Shown here in pieces: positions 1 through 12,289 of a DNA stretch of 64,000 nucleotides. Origin of the DNA: Mobula hypostoma. Taxonomy: Eukaryota. The notes beneath the pieces are model-generated. The model was not told the origin of the DNA. It saw nothing but the letters and a program-made list of their open reading frames with translations, and did not search any database. Position 1 is the stretch's first letter, and each line of letters starts with the position of its first letter. The position numbers and the translations under genes were made by a program. The stretch spans positions 5,456,001 to 5,520,000 of the forward strand of contig NC_086097.1 in assembly GCF_963921235.1 (NCBI RefSeq), given 5' to 3'.

Positions 1-682
1 TTATACACCAGTCATTGAAAGTGGGCATGCAGCTACAGCAGGCGGTGAAAAAGGCGTATGGTATGCTGGCATTCATAGCAAGAGGATTCGAGTACTGGAG
101 CAGGGATGTACTACTGAAGTTGTACAAGGCCTTGGTGAGACCACACCTGGAGTATTGTGTGCAGTTTTGGTCCCCTAATCTGAGGGAAGACATTCTTGCC
201 ATAGAGAGAGTACAAAGAATGTTCACCAGATTGATTCCTGGGATGGCAGGACTTTCATATGATGAAAGACCGGATCGACTACGCTTATACTTGTTGGAAT
301 TTAGAAGATTGAGGGGGGATCTTATTGAAACGTATAAAATCCTAATGGGATTGGACAGGCTAGATGCAGGAAGTTTGTTCCCGATGTTGGGGAAGTCCAG
401 AACGAGGGGTCACAGTTTGAGGACAAAGGGGAAGCCTTTTAGGACCGAGATTTGGAAAAACTTCTTCACACAGAGTGGTGTATCTGTGGAATTCTCTGCC
501 GGAGGAAACAGTTGAGGCCAGTTCATTGAATATATTTAAGAGGGAGTTATATATGGCCCTTGTGGCTAAAGGGATCAGGGGGTATGGAGGGAAGGCTGGT
601 ACAGGGTTCTGAGTTGGATGATCAGCCATGATCATACAGAATGGCAGTGCAGGCTCGAAGGGCTGAATGGTCTTCTCCTGCA
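1..682 (+). mobile_element. CR1-clade LINE, ORF2 C-terminus and 3' UTR (tail continues at 2355-2388 after a PLE insertion)
   Basis: ORF 15..515 has the CR1 motifs LVRPHLEYCVQFWSP and RLRGDLIETYKI. The tail ...CCTATTTTCTATGTTTCTAT resumes at 2369. Confidence 0.9.
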
Positions 683-2354
683 ACACACATCAAAGTTGCT
701 GGTGAATGCAGCAGGCCAGGCAGCATCTCTAGGAAGAGGTACAGTCGACGTTTCAGGCCGAGACCCTTCGTCAGGACTAATTGAAGGAAGCGTGAGTAAG
801 AGATTTGAAAGTTGGAGGGGGAGGGGGAGATCCAAAATGATAGGAGAAGACAGGAGGGGGAGGGATGGAGCCAAGAGCTGGACAGTTGATTGGCAAAAGG
901 GATATGAGAGGATCATGGGACAGGAGGTCCGGGAAGAAAGACAAGCTGCGGGGCGGAACCCAGAGGATGGGCAAGGGGTATATTCAGAGGGACAGAGGGA
1001 GAAAAAGGAGAGTGAGAGAAAGAATGTGTGTATAAAAATAAGTAACGGATGGGGTACGATGGGGAGGTGGGGCATTAGCGGAAGTTAGAGAAGTCGATGT
1101 TCATGCCATCAGGTTGGAGGCTACCCAGACGGAATATAAAGTGTTGTTCCTCCAACCTGAGTGTGGTTTCATCTTTACAGTAGAGGAGGCTGTGGATAGA
1201 CATATCAGAATGGGAATGGGATGTGGAATTAAAATGTGTGGCCACTGGGAGATCCTGCTTTCTCTGGCGGACAGAGAGTAGGTGTTCAGCAAAGCGGTCT
1301 TCCAGTCTGCGTCGGGTCTCGCCAATTTATAAAAGGCCACATCGGGAGCACCGGACGCAGTATATCACCCCAGCCGACTCACAGGTGAAGTGTCGCCTCA
1401 CCTGGAAGGACTGTTTGGGGCCCTGAATGGTGGTAAGGGAGGAAGTGTAAGGGCATGTGTAGCACTTGTTCCGCTTACACGGATAAGTGCCAGGAGGGAA
1501 ATCAGTGGGGAGGGATGGGTGGGACGAATGGACAAGGGAGTCGCGTAGGGAGCGATCCCTGCGGAATGCAGAGAGGGGTGCGAGGGAAAGATGTGCTTAG
1601 TGGTGGGATCCCGTTGGAGGTGGCGGAAGTTACAGAGAATAATATGTTGGACCTGGAGGCTGGTGGGGTGGTAGGTGAGGACCAGGGGAACCCTATTCCT
1701 ACTGGGGTGGTGGGAGGATGGAGTGAGAGCAAATGTACGTGAAATGGGGGAGATGCGTTTAAGAGCAGAGTTGATAGTGGAGGAAGGGAAGCCCCTTTGT
1801 TTAAAAAAGGAGGACATCTCCCTCGTCCTAGAATGAAAAGCCTCATCCTGAGAGCAGATGCGGCGGAGACGGAGGAATTGCGAGAAGGGGATGGCGTTTT
1901 TGCAAGAGACAGGGTGAGAAGAGGAATAGTCCAGATAGCTGTGAGAGTCAGTAGGCTTATAGTAGACATCAGTGGATAAGCTGTCTCCAGAGACAGAGAC
2001 AGAAAGATCTAGAAAGGGGAGGGAGGTGTCGGAAATGGACCAGGTAAACTTGAGGGCAGGGTGAAAGTTGGAGGCAAAGTTAATAAAGTCAACGAGCTCT
2101 GCATGCGTGCAGGAAGCAGCGCCAATGCAGTCGTCGATGTAGCGAAGGAAAAGTGGGGGACAGATACCAGAATAGGCACGGAACATAGATTGTTCCACAA
2201 AGCCAACAAAAAGGCAGGTATAGCTGGGACTCATACGGGTGCCCATAGCTACACCTTTAGTTTGGAGGACGTGGGAGGAGCCAAAGGAGAAATTATTAAG
2301 AGGAGGACTAATTCTGCTAGACGGAGCAGAGTGGTGGTAGAGTGGAACTGATTA
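683..2354 (-). mobile_element. Penelope-like retroelement (Neptune-type), 5'-truncated, RT C-terminus + GIY-YIG + pseudo-LTR
   Basis: ORF 1398..2246(-) has GTRMSPSY, FLRYIDD, LPFLDL and YYKPTDSHSYL; endonuclease region downstream. 14-bp TSD GG(T/C)CTTCTCCTGCA at 669-682 and 2355-2368. Confidence 0.9.
743..778 (-). ncRNA. Minimal type I hammerhead ribozyme motif in the PLE pseudo-LTR
   Basis: Minus strand reads AGTC CTGACGA AGGGTCTCGGCCT GAAA CG TC^GACT. Confidence 0.75.
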
Positions 2355-3039
2355 GGCCTTCTCCTGCACCTATTTTCTATGTTTCTATTTGAAAGTTGCA
2401 AATTTCACTCCTCCCTTCAATAAGGGAGAGAGTCAGAAGAAAGGAAATTATAGGCTGGTTATTCTGACCTCTGAATATGGGTGGCACTACAACTGGAGGT
2501 CATGGGTTAAGCGTGAAAGGTTGGAAGTTTTAGGGGAACATGCGGGAAAACTTCTTCAATCAGTGGGTGGTGAGAGTGTAGAATGAGCTGCCAGAGCAAG
2601 TGGTACATGTGAGTTTGATTTCCATGTTTAAGAGCAGTTTGGAAGGGGTATGCAGGGCTATGGTCCCGGTGCTTGTCAACGGAACTATGCAGTTTAAATG
2701 CTTCGCCATAGACTAGATGCACCAAAGGGCCTGTTTCTGTGCAGTATTTTTCTAAATCTCTTATGGCTGTATAACTCCGACAAACTATCTCCTTCTACAG
2801 AAATATCTAATGTATCTAGACTAAAACTGCAGATGTTGAAATTCAGAACTAAAAAACAAACAAAATCATCCATAAATATTCAGCCAACACTGTTGGGAAA
2901 GAAAATATAGGATAGATCATCTGATTGAGTATCTGTCCGCTACTTACAACTCCATAATGGTTGAAGGATAGTCTGAGGATAGAAGTTGGTCACTTAAAAA
3001 GAATTCAAACAGAATGAAATGCCATTTGGGGCAACAGAA

Positions 3040-3490
3040 ATGCCAATAGGGAAGATTGTGGGCTTCAGGATGGCACAGATTGACCACTCTCCATTGCATC
3101 TCAATGGCTCTGCTGAGGAGAGAGTGAAGGGCACAAAGTTCCTTGGTGTGCACATAACGAATGTTCTAACCCCAACCCTCAACATCTCCTCACTAGTCAA
3201 GAAGGCAAAGCAGCGTATACACTTTCTGAGGAGGTTAACGTGTGCAGAGTGCCCTGCCCCCATTCTAAAAACTTTTTACAGGAGCACTGTTGAGGATGCC
3301 CTGACTGGCTGCATCTTGATGTGCTACAGAAACTGCAAGGCATCAGACTGCAAGACCCTATAGAGGTAGTAAAAACTGATGAACAGATTACGGGGTCTCC
3401 CTCTGCCCCTATCTATGTCATTTACTGGGAACCTTGTACAGAAAGGTGCTGAAGTATTGTTGAGAATTCTTAACACACATCCCACAGGAG
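3040..3490 (+). mobile_element. Rex1/Babar-type LINE fragment (post-RT C-terminus)
   Basis: ERVKGTKFLGVHIT...LVKKAKQRIHFLRRL...ILKTFYRSTVEDALTGCI in ORF 3019..3363. Confidence 0.75.
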
Positions 3491-3834
3491 GAGTTTAGGT
3501 GGAGACCATTTCGCCTCACAGCAACTCCCTTGTTTGCATCTTCGGATACAGCTCCCAAATAATTGGCCTAATTCTGCTCCTACATCTTATGATCTTGTGC
3601 ATTCCACTAGATTTAAAGGATTGTTTTATTTTTGCCCCTGGAGGAGGTTAATATTACCTTAATAATTCTCTTAAACTCCTTTTATCTAAACAGAAAAAGT
3701 GTGAGCTTTCTCTGTCAAAACACAAGAGATTCTGCAGATGCTGGAAATCCCGAGAAACACAGAAAGTACTGGAAGAACACAGCAGAATATGCAGCTTTTA
3801 AAGAGGGGAATCAATATTTGACATTTCTATAAGA

Positions 3835-4575
3835 CAACCATAGGATCAGAATGAGGCCATTCGGCCCCTCGACTCTGATCCGTCATTCCATCACGGCTGA
3901 TTCATTTCCATGTCCACCCCATTCTAATATCTTCTCACCGTAACATTTCACGTCCTAATTAATCAAGAATACATCAACCTCTGCCTTAAATACACCCAAT
4001 GACATGGCCTCCACAACCACTGCGGCAAGAAATTCCACAGAGTCACCACCCTCTATCTAAAGAAATTCTTCCTCATCTACGTTCTAAAAGGACATCCCTC
4101 TATTCTGAAACTGTGCCCTCTGGTCCTTGAGTCCCCCAACTATAGGAAACATCCTGTCCATATCCACTCTATCCAGGAATTTCAAGCTTCGATAGGTTTC
4201 AGTGAGATCCCTCTCATTCTTCTAAACTGCACACAAGAAGTGGTGGGTGTGTGGAATGCACTGCCAGTGACGGTGGTGGAGGTGGATACAATGGGGTCTT
4301 TACGAGACTCTTAGATAGGTTCATGGAGCTCAGAAAAATAGAGGGCTATACAGTGGGGAAATTCTAGGCAGTTTCTAGAGTAGGCTACATGGTCGGCACA
4401 ACATCGTGGGTCGAAGGGCCTGTAATGTGCTGTCGATTTTGATGTTCTATGTTCCAGCAAGTGCTGGCCCAGAGCCATCAAACGCTTCTCATACAATAAG
4501 CCTTTCATTCCTGGAATCATTTTCGTGAACCTTCTCTGAATCCTCTGCAATGTCAGAACATCCTTTCTTAGATGG
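3835..4575 (-). mobile_element. Old CR1 3' fragment with a nested + strand CR1 tail (~4232-4452)
   Basis: CR1 3' UTR/ORF2-like sequence (QRIQRRFTKMIPGMKGLLYE on the minus strand), interrupted by a forward tail ending GATGTTCTATGTT. Confidence 0.65.
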
Positions 4576-4806
4576 ATTCATCTGCCAAATTATTCTCTTA
4601 TCCTCACTGGCACATGGTTTTGGGCTGAGACCCATCATCATGCCAGTTCTACCTAACCCTACAAGTGAAAATTCTCATCTACAGAACCATTTCATTAATC
4701 TCCTGAAAGAGATAATAAATCAGCCATGATGGAATGGTGGAACAGACTCAATGAGCCAAATTCTGACCTAATTCTGCTCAATGTCTTATTGACTAGTGGT
4801 CTTAAA

Positions 4807-7309
4807 CAATGATTCCTAATAAGGGCTTTCCTGTACCCCCCCCCCCCCACCGATGGTGCGGTTATGAAGATGAAAGAAGCATTTGAAAAGTATTGCACAT
4901 TCGAGTCATTTGCCAAGAAAGCTAAAAATGATCTTGATAGAGTTCTCATTGCCTCTTAAAACATTTTCACAATGACAGCAAAGTGTGGAAAATCTCATAC
5001 AACTGGTGAAAGATTAATAACGCCTGCTGTATCAGAAGTGCTCACCACTGTTCTCAAAATAGAAACCAGTATTTTAAAATCAATTCCTCTGAGTAATAAC
5101 TTCTGTAGCTCATTATATTGATGAAATGAGTGAAGACATTGAGTATCTACTATGCACAGAGCTACAAAAAACAAAATTTGGGATACAACTGGATGAGTCA
5201 ATTGTGCAAGACAACGAGGCGTTGCTAATGGCATAAGTATGGTTTGTCAAAAATGGAAAAGTTTATGAAGAGGCTCTCTTTTGTAAAAAGTTAAAAACAA
5301 ATATCAACAGAGAATCAATCTACAACAAGCTCAAAATGTGTATTGAGGATAGAAGTATTCTGACCATGATTAGGAACATAGAAACATAGAAACATAGAAA
5401 ATAGGTGCAGGAGTAGGCCATTCGGCCCTTCGAGCCTGCACCGCCATTTATTATGATCATGGCTGATCATCCAACTCAGAACCCAGCCTTCCCTCCATAC
5501 CCCCTGACCCCTGTAGCCACAAGGGCCATATCTAACTTCCTTTTAAACATAGCTAATGAACTGGCCTCAACAGCTTGCTGTGGCAGAGAATTCCACAGAT
5601 TCACCACTCTCTGTGTGAAGAAGTTTTTCCTAACCTCGGTCCTAAAAGGCTTCCCCTCTATCCTCAAACTGTGACCCCTCGTTCTAGACCTCCCCAACAT
5701 CGGGAACAATCTTCCCGCATCTAGCCTGTCCAATCCCTTTAGGATCTTATACGTTTCAATCAGATCCCCCCTCAATCTTCTAAATTCCAACGAGTACAAG
5801 CCCAGTTCATCCAGTCTTTCTTCATATGAAAGACCTGCCATCCCAGGAATCAATCTGGTGAACCTTCTTTGTACTCCCTCTATGGCAAAGATGTCTTTCC
5901 TCAGATTAGGGGACCAAAACTGCACACAATGATTTCTTGTGCAACAGATGTGATGCGTATATCACAAACAAGAGAAAACCGGCAGATGCTGGAAATCTAA
6001 GCAACAAACAGAAAATGCCGGAAGAACTTAGCAGGCCAGGCAGCATCTATGGAAGAGTACAGTAGATGTTTTGGGCCGAGACCCTACGACAGGTCAGCAT
6101 GCTGGTTTAGTGGTGGTTATGAAAAAGGCAATTCCCAGTCTGTTTGCAACTCGTGTGTAATTCATCGGCAACATCTCGCAGCCAAAAACCTCAGCCAGCA
6201 AATTTTTTCAAGCATGACTTTTGTAATATTTACAATCAACAAAATTAAAGCTCATCCATTAAATATCAGAATATTTCAACTGTTATGCCAAAATAATGAT
6301 GAAGAGCTAGAATGCTTGCTTCTTCACACTGAAAAAGGCTGCTGCTTAAAACAATTCTTGATCTTTTTGAAACTATTTGAATTTTTACTCAAAGTCGACA
6401 AGAGCTTGGGAAAAAAGCTTGAAATTCTCGGTGGAGCTGATCTGTATGACAAAATGAATATTCTAAATATGAAACTGCAGGGTGAGAATTTCAATTTAAT
6501 CCAGGCAAAAAGTGTAGTGTCCACTTATATTAGAAAATTGGAAATAGGTAAGTAAAGCATTGGGAGAAGAATATTTTCACAGTTTCCCTGCACAGAACGT
6601 ATGACTCTTTCTTTCACAGACAGTGATCTGCAGGAGTATTGCTTACAGATGCAGTCACTAGAGAAGGATTTTTAGAAGCAATTCATGGATTTGAGCAATC
6701 TGGAAATTCCAGACTGGTAAATTAACCCATTTCTTTGCAAGATGGAAGAGCAGGAAGAGAACTTGCAAGAAGAAATTATCAAAATTCAGAATGATGACAA
6801 TGCAAAAACGTTTTTCAAAAATGTGGCTTTTGTGCTATGTGGCTACATCGTCATCACAAGTTTCCTGGTCTTTGGAGAAGAGCCAAACTGCTCTTCATTG
6901 CATTTCTATCCTTCTACCTTGTTGAAAGAAACTTCAGTGCAGTGAACCACATATTCACAATGAAACAGAAACCGCTTGGATGTTGTTACGTGTGGGGTCT
7001 TAAGGCTTCTGCTGTCACCAGATATTTCAACTCTTGCTAAAAACCATCAAACTCAAGGATCACATTGACATGAAGTTGCTGTACAGCACCCAGGTACTGT
7101 GTAAGCTATGTTTAAAAACAAATAGAAATTTAAAGCACAATCATTTTTCTCGTGTTAGCATTTGGAAGACATGTTTCTACACTATGGGGGTGCTGGAAAG
7201 TATACAGTATTGTGCCTAATAGGGGTATTGGCAAGTATGAAAGTGCTTTCGGGGAGTGTTGGCAAGTATGAAAGTGCTTTAAGAGGACTAAAAAGGTTGG
7301 TAAACACTG
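4807..7309 (+). mobile_element. Decayed Buster/Charlie-family hAT transposon with transposase pseudogene (SCAND3/ZBED-like)
   Basis: Frameshifted remnants such as HTTGERLITPA, CVIHRQHLAAK, MNILNMKLQG and FPGLWRRAKLLFIAF.SFYLVERNFSAV. Right TIR GGTTGGTAAACACTG ends at 7309 and is followed by ATCTAAAA; a degenerate left end is preceded by GTCTTAAA (6/8 match). Confidence 0.75.
5372..5928 (-). mobile_element. Young 5'-truncated CR1 LINE inserted into the hAT transposase
   Basis: Uninterrupted ORF 5476..5925(-) encoding the CR1 ORF2 C-terminus; (TTTCTATG)n tail; ATGATT duplicated at 5366-5371 and 5929-5934. Confidence 0.9.
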
Positions 7310-7519
7310 ATCTAAAATGTACTAGAAAAATTCCAGGGAACAGAAACTTCAGCTCTTAATTTAGATAGGGTTTGAGAGGGATTTGATAGACCATTAAGAT
7401 ATGAAATCATGCAGAATTAGGTGAAGGAGAGACAAATTGTTGCCACTTGGAAATGGTTAAAGGGTAACATATATCAATATTAGGAGTAACTGATAGAGCA
7501 GGAGTGAGGAATAAGAATC

Positions 7520-7795
7520 GGGCGGCACGGTAGTGCAGTGGATTGCTCAACACTTAACAGCAGAGGCGACACGAGTTCAAATTACGCAACTCACTCTAAT
7601 GGGTTTGTACATTCTTCCTGTGACTGTGTGGATTTCCTCTGGGTGCTCCAGTTTCCTCCCACAATCCAAAGACCTGCTAGTTAGTAGGTTAATTTGTCAT
7701 TATAAATTGTCCCGTGATTAGGCCAGGGGACTGATGGGCGGTGCAGCTCGAAGGGTGAGAAGGGTTTATTCCGCACTGTATCTCAATAAAGAAGT
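7520..7795 (+). mobile_element. tRNA-derived V-domain SINE (HE1-like)
   Basis: GGGCGGCACGGTAGTGCAGTGG head, GTTCAA B-box-like element, V-domain-like core GTGGATTTCCTCTGGGTGCTCCAGTTTCCTCCCACA.TCCAAAGAC, and an A-rich tail. Confidence 0.75.
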
Positions 7796-8585
7796 AAATG
7801 TGAATCTGAATCAGGTTTAATATCATCGACGTACATCATGACATTAGTTGCTTTGTGGCAGCAGTACATTGCAATACATAATAATAAAAAAACTATAAAT
7901 TGCAAAACAAATATACGTTAAAAATTAAATGAAATCAGTAGTGCAAAAAGAGCAAAATTCAAATAGTGATAGTGTACATGGGTTCCTTGTCAGTTCAGAA
8001 ATCTGTTCTTTTACACAAGAATACTTCTAATCTGGAACACATTGTCTTTAAGGGTGGTTGGTGGATTTTCAAAGGGCAATTAGAGGGCTTGGTCAAAAAT
8101 ATTTAGCAGGACCACGATGAAAGAGGGAATGGATTACTTTACAAAGAGCCAGCATGTACTTGATAAGTTATAATTCTTGTATCCTATTTATGATGGTGAA
8201 CTGTTGCACAATCTAAGAAAAAGTATTGACACCCTTTCAAACAGATGTCACTGAAAAATTTTTAATATAGATGTACCTCTCGACCTTGGTGGAGTTTTCT
8301 GTCCAAAACAGAACGCAGTTCTAAATGTTCAGGTTCACTAACAACAATAATCTTGCGTAAAACCACGCAATGAACAATGCAAACCTTAATGTACCCAGAA
8401 ATGTTTGATCTGCAAGCTGTTCTGACTTCATGGTTTTGGGGAGATCAGTGGATAAAAGTGGAAATTTATCCTAACATGTCTCTATGCAAAATCCAATACC
8501 TGAAACTGATATTACAAGATTCTTCCTGGAATATTTGCTGAGACACAGTGATATAGTCAAATCCATACTTGCAAAACCAATCGAA

Positions 8586-8668
8586 ATGTTTAAACAATGA
8601 TATCTACGGATCAAAAGTCAGTTGATTGATTAATGTCTGAATCATGTTTGCAATTGGTATGGTATAAA
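8586..8668 (+). promoter_or_regulatory. Proximal promoter of the serpin gene: TATA box with liver-type factor motifs
   Basis: TATAAA at 8663-8668 in non-repetitive DNA, ~30 nt before an Inr-like TTATACT/TCAGT. Upstream lie TGTTTAAACA (FOX-like, 8587-8596), CAAAAGTCA (HNF4-like half site, 8612-8620), GTTGATTGATTAAT (HNF1/ONECUT-like, 8621-8634) and TGTTTGCAAT (FOXA/C/EBP-like, 8645-8654). Motif calls are by eye. Confidence 0.6.
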
Positions 8669-8690
8669 TTGACATTAGAGACCAAGGATT

Positions 8691-8740
8691 ATACTTCAGT
8701 AAGTTGGACTGCCAAAGACGAACGGGCTTCTTCACTTCAG
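8691..8740 (+). other. Probable non-coding exon 1 of the serpin gene
   Basis: Starts ~28 nt after the TATA box and ends at the donor CAG|GTAGGA (8740|8741). The coding exon begins after an acceptor only 7 nt upstream of the ATG, so a 5' UTR exon is required, as in SERPINA genes. Confidence 0.6.
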
Positions 8741-8904
8741 GTAGGACTCTGAAATTATAAATAGGCTACCGATATGAATCTGTAAGTGAACTTGTGTTAG
8801 AACCTAAGGAGTAATTCTTGTGAACTTGTGAAATGTAATAGAGTTTCAATGTAAGCTTTGTGGAGAATCTAAAAGGAAGGTTTTGAGCAAATTCAGAACC
8901 CAGT

Positions 8905-9180
8905 AATATAGTAGGTAGTGTGTTGCTATTACTGCTCAGGGGGGTCTGGAGTTCTGAGTTCAATTCTTTGTATTTCCTGCCCATGAGCGCATGGCTTTCC
9001 CCCAGCTGTTCGTGTTTCTTCCCACAGTCTAAACATGTACAGGTTAGTCGGCTAATTGGTCCTTGTCAATTGTCCTGTGATTTGACTAGGGTTAAATAGG
9101 TGAGTTTTGGGGTATTGTGGCTTGTTAGACTGGAAGAACCTGTTCTGCGCTGTATCTTTAAATAGTGTACAATAAATACA
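8905..9180 (+). mobile_element. V-domain SINE in serpin intron 1
   Basis: Same core as the 7520 SINE; the tail TTCTGCGCTGTATCTTTAAATA...AATAAATA ends just upstream of the exon 2 acceptor. Confidence 0.7.
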
Positions 9181-9213
9181 TTCTAGGTTTGTGTTTTACT
9201 TTGTAGGTTCAAC

Positions 9214-9832
9214 ATGGAGAAGTTGCTTGCTTTTGCTTTCCTGATGGTGGCTTTGCCTTCCAGTGGCATGGTCAGTGGATATCCCTCTGCTGTCAATGAA
9301 TCTACCCCACATCCTTCCCTCCTCAGCCTCTCAGCAGCAAATTCAGAATTTGCATTGCATCTGTACAAAACGATTGCCGATCAACCAGTCACAGCTTCCC
9401 AAAATATTTTCCTTTCTCCACTGAGCATCTCTGCCTCCCTGAGCATGTTGTCATTGGGTGCCAAGGAAAATACTCGGGCTCAGCTCCTGCAGGTTCTTGG
9501 ATACAGCAACATGACAAACAATGGTACTGTCGCCGTGAGGGAGACATTCCGCCAGCTTTTGGAGCATTTGAACAATGTGAGTGATGGAATCCAAATGGGA
9601 AGTTCTCTGTATGTTCAAAAGGGAAAAGAAATTCATGAAAAGTTCCTCAGAGAAGCCGAGGAATATTATAATGCCACCATAGAGAGGGTTGATTTTCATG
9701 AACAACAAAGTACAAAAGACAAAATAAACGCTTATGTGAATGACATAACCCACGGCAAAATCCCAAACATTCTTAAAGAGCCCCTCTCACCGGATACTCT
9801 GATGTTTCTTCTCAACTATGTGTTTTTCAAAG
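9214..9832 (+). CDS. Clade A serpin (alpha-1-antitrypsin-like), coding exon 1 (signal peptide to strand 3A)
   Basis: Acceptor TTTGTAG|G at 9206|9207, ATG at 9214, hydrophobic signal peptide, serpin motifs ANSEFALHLY, NIFLSPLSISASLSMLSLGA, INAYVNDITHGKI and LLNYVFFKG; donor AAG|GTAAGA at 9832 (phase 1). Confidence 0.96.
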
Positions 9833-10339
9833 GTAAGATATCATTTGGACGTTAAACACACATCATTTAATGATTGAATCAGTTGATGCTTCAACTTCTG
9901 TATATTGAGTAGGACAATCTCTAAACATCTTTATATGCTCTGTGAGGGTAGGGGTGTTTTGCAATTGTTTGTTTTTTATGCACCGCGTTGTATGACATGA
10001 GCGATCATTGTCATTCCATGACCATGATTTTTCTTGGCAATTTTTTTACAGAAGTGATTTGCCATTGCTTTCTTCTGGGCAGTGATGATGTCAGAATTAC
10101 CTGTAATTCAAACATTTCTGAATGCATTGTTAATTTGTGTGGCTCTATGCAAGATTATTGATAGTGAACCAGAAAACTTAGAACTGTATTCTATTTATAA
10201 AAAAATTATTTCTCAGGAAACTTAAAGTGCATTGAACAGTAATCAATTTTCAAGACAATATATTTATTTTAGTTTAGGTATTTGAAATATTGATCCAAAC
10301 AATGCTATATTTGTTTGGTTATATTTTATTTGTAATAAT

Positions 10340-10890
10340 TATGAGATACTGCAGCTGCTGGAAAACCAGAGGAACACATACAAAATACTGGAGGAACTCA
10401 GCAGGTCAGGCAGCATCTATGGAAATGAATAAACAGTCAAGAATTTGGGCTGAGAGCTGCTTCGTGTCTGGAAAGGAAAGGGGAAGATGCTTGTATAAAA
10501 AATGGGGAAGGAAGATAGCTAGAAGGTGATAGGTGAAGCCAGGTGAATCAGAAAGGCAAAGGGCTGGAGAAGACAGAATCTGATAGGAGAGGACAGTGGA
10601 CCATGAGAGAAAAGGAATGAAGAGGTGACCCAGGGGGAGGTAACAGTCAGGTGAGAACAGGTAAGAGGACAGGGAGGGGAAGAGTAAAGGGGAGGAGGAG
10701 GTAATTTTTTTTTTTAGTTGGAAGGAGAAATCGCAATTCCTACCATCAGGTTGGAGGCCACCCAGATGGAATACAAGGTGTTAGTCCTCCACACTGAGGA
10801 TGGCCTTATCATGGCACAAGAGGAAGCCATGGACCAACATGTTTGAAGAGGAAAGGAGAAATTAAAAAGTTTGACCACCAGGAAGTTCCA
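10340..10890 (-). mobile_element. Old PLE-derived 3' fragment (pseudo-LTR plus end of GIY-YIG)
   Basis: Diverged similarity to the PLE ends (CTGGAGGAACTCAGCAGGTCAGGCAGCATCTATGG; CCATCAGGTTGGAGGC). Confidence 0.6.
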
Positions 10891-10997
10891 CATTGTTTTT
10901 TAAAGTTATGCACTGGAGTTGCAGATCTCTCTCTGTTCTCCATCTTGTACACCTCTCCTGATCCTTGATCCTTGATCCTGTGCATCTCTCACACACA

Positions 10998-11270
10998 GGG
11001 GCACCACAGTAGGGTAGCGGTTAGTGTGACATTCCAGAGTTTGGAATTCTGTTCTGTAAGGAGCCTCTGTACATCATTCCTATGGAACGCGTGGGTTTCC
11101 TCTGGGTGCTCCAGTTTCCAAAGTCGTCCCGGATAGGATAATAGGTGATTGTAAATTGGCTGGTGATTAGGTTAGGATTAATTGGGTTTGTGGGTGGTGG
11201 GGGTTGATGGGATGGTGTGGCTCGAAGAGCCCACTCTGCCCTGTATCGCCAAATAAATAAAGTCAAACAT
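10998..11270 (+). mobile_element. V-domain SINE
   Basis: GGGGCACCACAGTAGGGTAGCGGTTAG head; GTGGGTTTCCTCTGGGTGCTCCAGTTTCC core; CTGTATCGCCAAATAAATAAA tail. Confidence 0.7.
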
Positions 11271-11406
11271 GAACATCTCTGTCCATCTCTCCTCCGATAT
11301 GCCTTTTACTTTGATGTGCTCTAAACTCTCTTACTTCAAACTATCTTTGGGGCGTATTTCAAACTATGTCATGAGGTATATTTAAGGCAGAGACTGACAG
11401 ATTCTT

Positions 11407-11634
11407 AAACGCAAACAACAGGAATTCTGCAGATGCTCGAAATTCAAGCAACACGCATCAAAGTTGCTGGTGAACGCAGAAGGCCAGGCAGCATCTGTAG
11501 GAAGAGGTGCAGTCGACGTTTAAGGCCGAGACTTCGTCCTGACGAAGGGTCTCGGCCTGAAATGTTGACTGCACCTCTTCCTACAGATGCTGCCTGTCCT
11601 GCTGCGTTCACCAGCAACTTTGATGTGTGCTGCT
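11407..11634. mobile_element. Palindromic mini-PLE: two pseudo-LTR ends fused at the hammerhead
   Basis: Inverted arms of ~95 bp spanning 11444-11637, centred at 11539-11540; 12-bp TSD TGACAGATTCTT at 11395-11406 and 11635-11646. Confidence 0.85.
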
Positions 11635-12289
11635 TGACAGATTCTTGATTGGTTTTGGCATAAAGGGCTACCGGAGGGAAGGCAGGAGATTGGGGCTGAG
11701 AGGGAAATAGATCAGTCATGATGAAATGGTAGAATAGACTCAATGGGCCAAATAGCCTTCTTCTGCTCCTATATCTTATGGTCTGTTTCTCTTGTCTGTT
11801 TTCCTTTTCCTTTTTGGCGTTTGTTCATTTAAATTATAGCTTCATTGTAAGTGGACTCATGATCAGACTTGGCGCACTGATTGAGTCATTGGTAGAGATG
11901 GGAGTATTCAAGGAAAGAAAGAACTTGCACTACCTACAAGTTCTCAATATGACCCAAAAATCATCAAACCCAATGAATTACTTTGAGATGTGTGTCTAAC
12001 TAGCAATTGATTCAATAAGGGTGACTAACAACAAAATAGGTTATTGGCTCCATTTCCTTTTATAATTTCTGCAAAAAGCAAATCCAATTCTTGGTAGATG
12101 TTAGCAGTATTTGTTATTCAGTAGAGGTAGAGAAACTGTTCTGTACCTGTGGTTTACGTTCTGTACCCACACTGATCACTTTTAGCATTCTAGGTAGCAC
12201 GTTGCTTATTTCCCACTGGCAGCATCAATATCATTATAAGTGTGTTGCTCTGCGTACTGAACATAGAGAAAAGACAAGTTTAATCTGAA

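Noticed and set aside
618..1088. Recurrent ORFs such as LLVNAAGQAASLGRGTVDVSGRDPSSG and SPDEGSRPETST as a gene family
   Set aside because: They are spurious translations of the non-coding PLE pseudo-LTR and hammerhead region.
6049..7040. Domesticated SCAND3/ZBED gene
   Set aside because: Multiple frameshifts and stops, two insertions and residual TIR/TSD indicate a dead transposon.
7520..7590. tRNA gene
   Set aside because: The tRNA-like head belongs to a SINE; there is no complete cloverleaf.
9214..9330. Angiotensinogen identity for the non-inhibitory-looking serpin
   Set aside because: No angiotensin-like xRxYIHPF peptide follows the signal peptide, the N-terminal extension is short, and there are no Cys residues.
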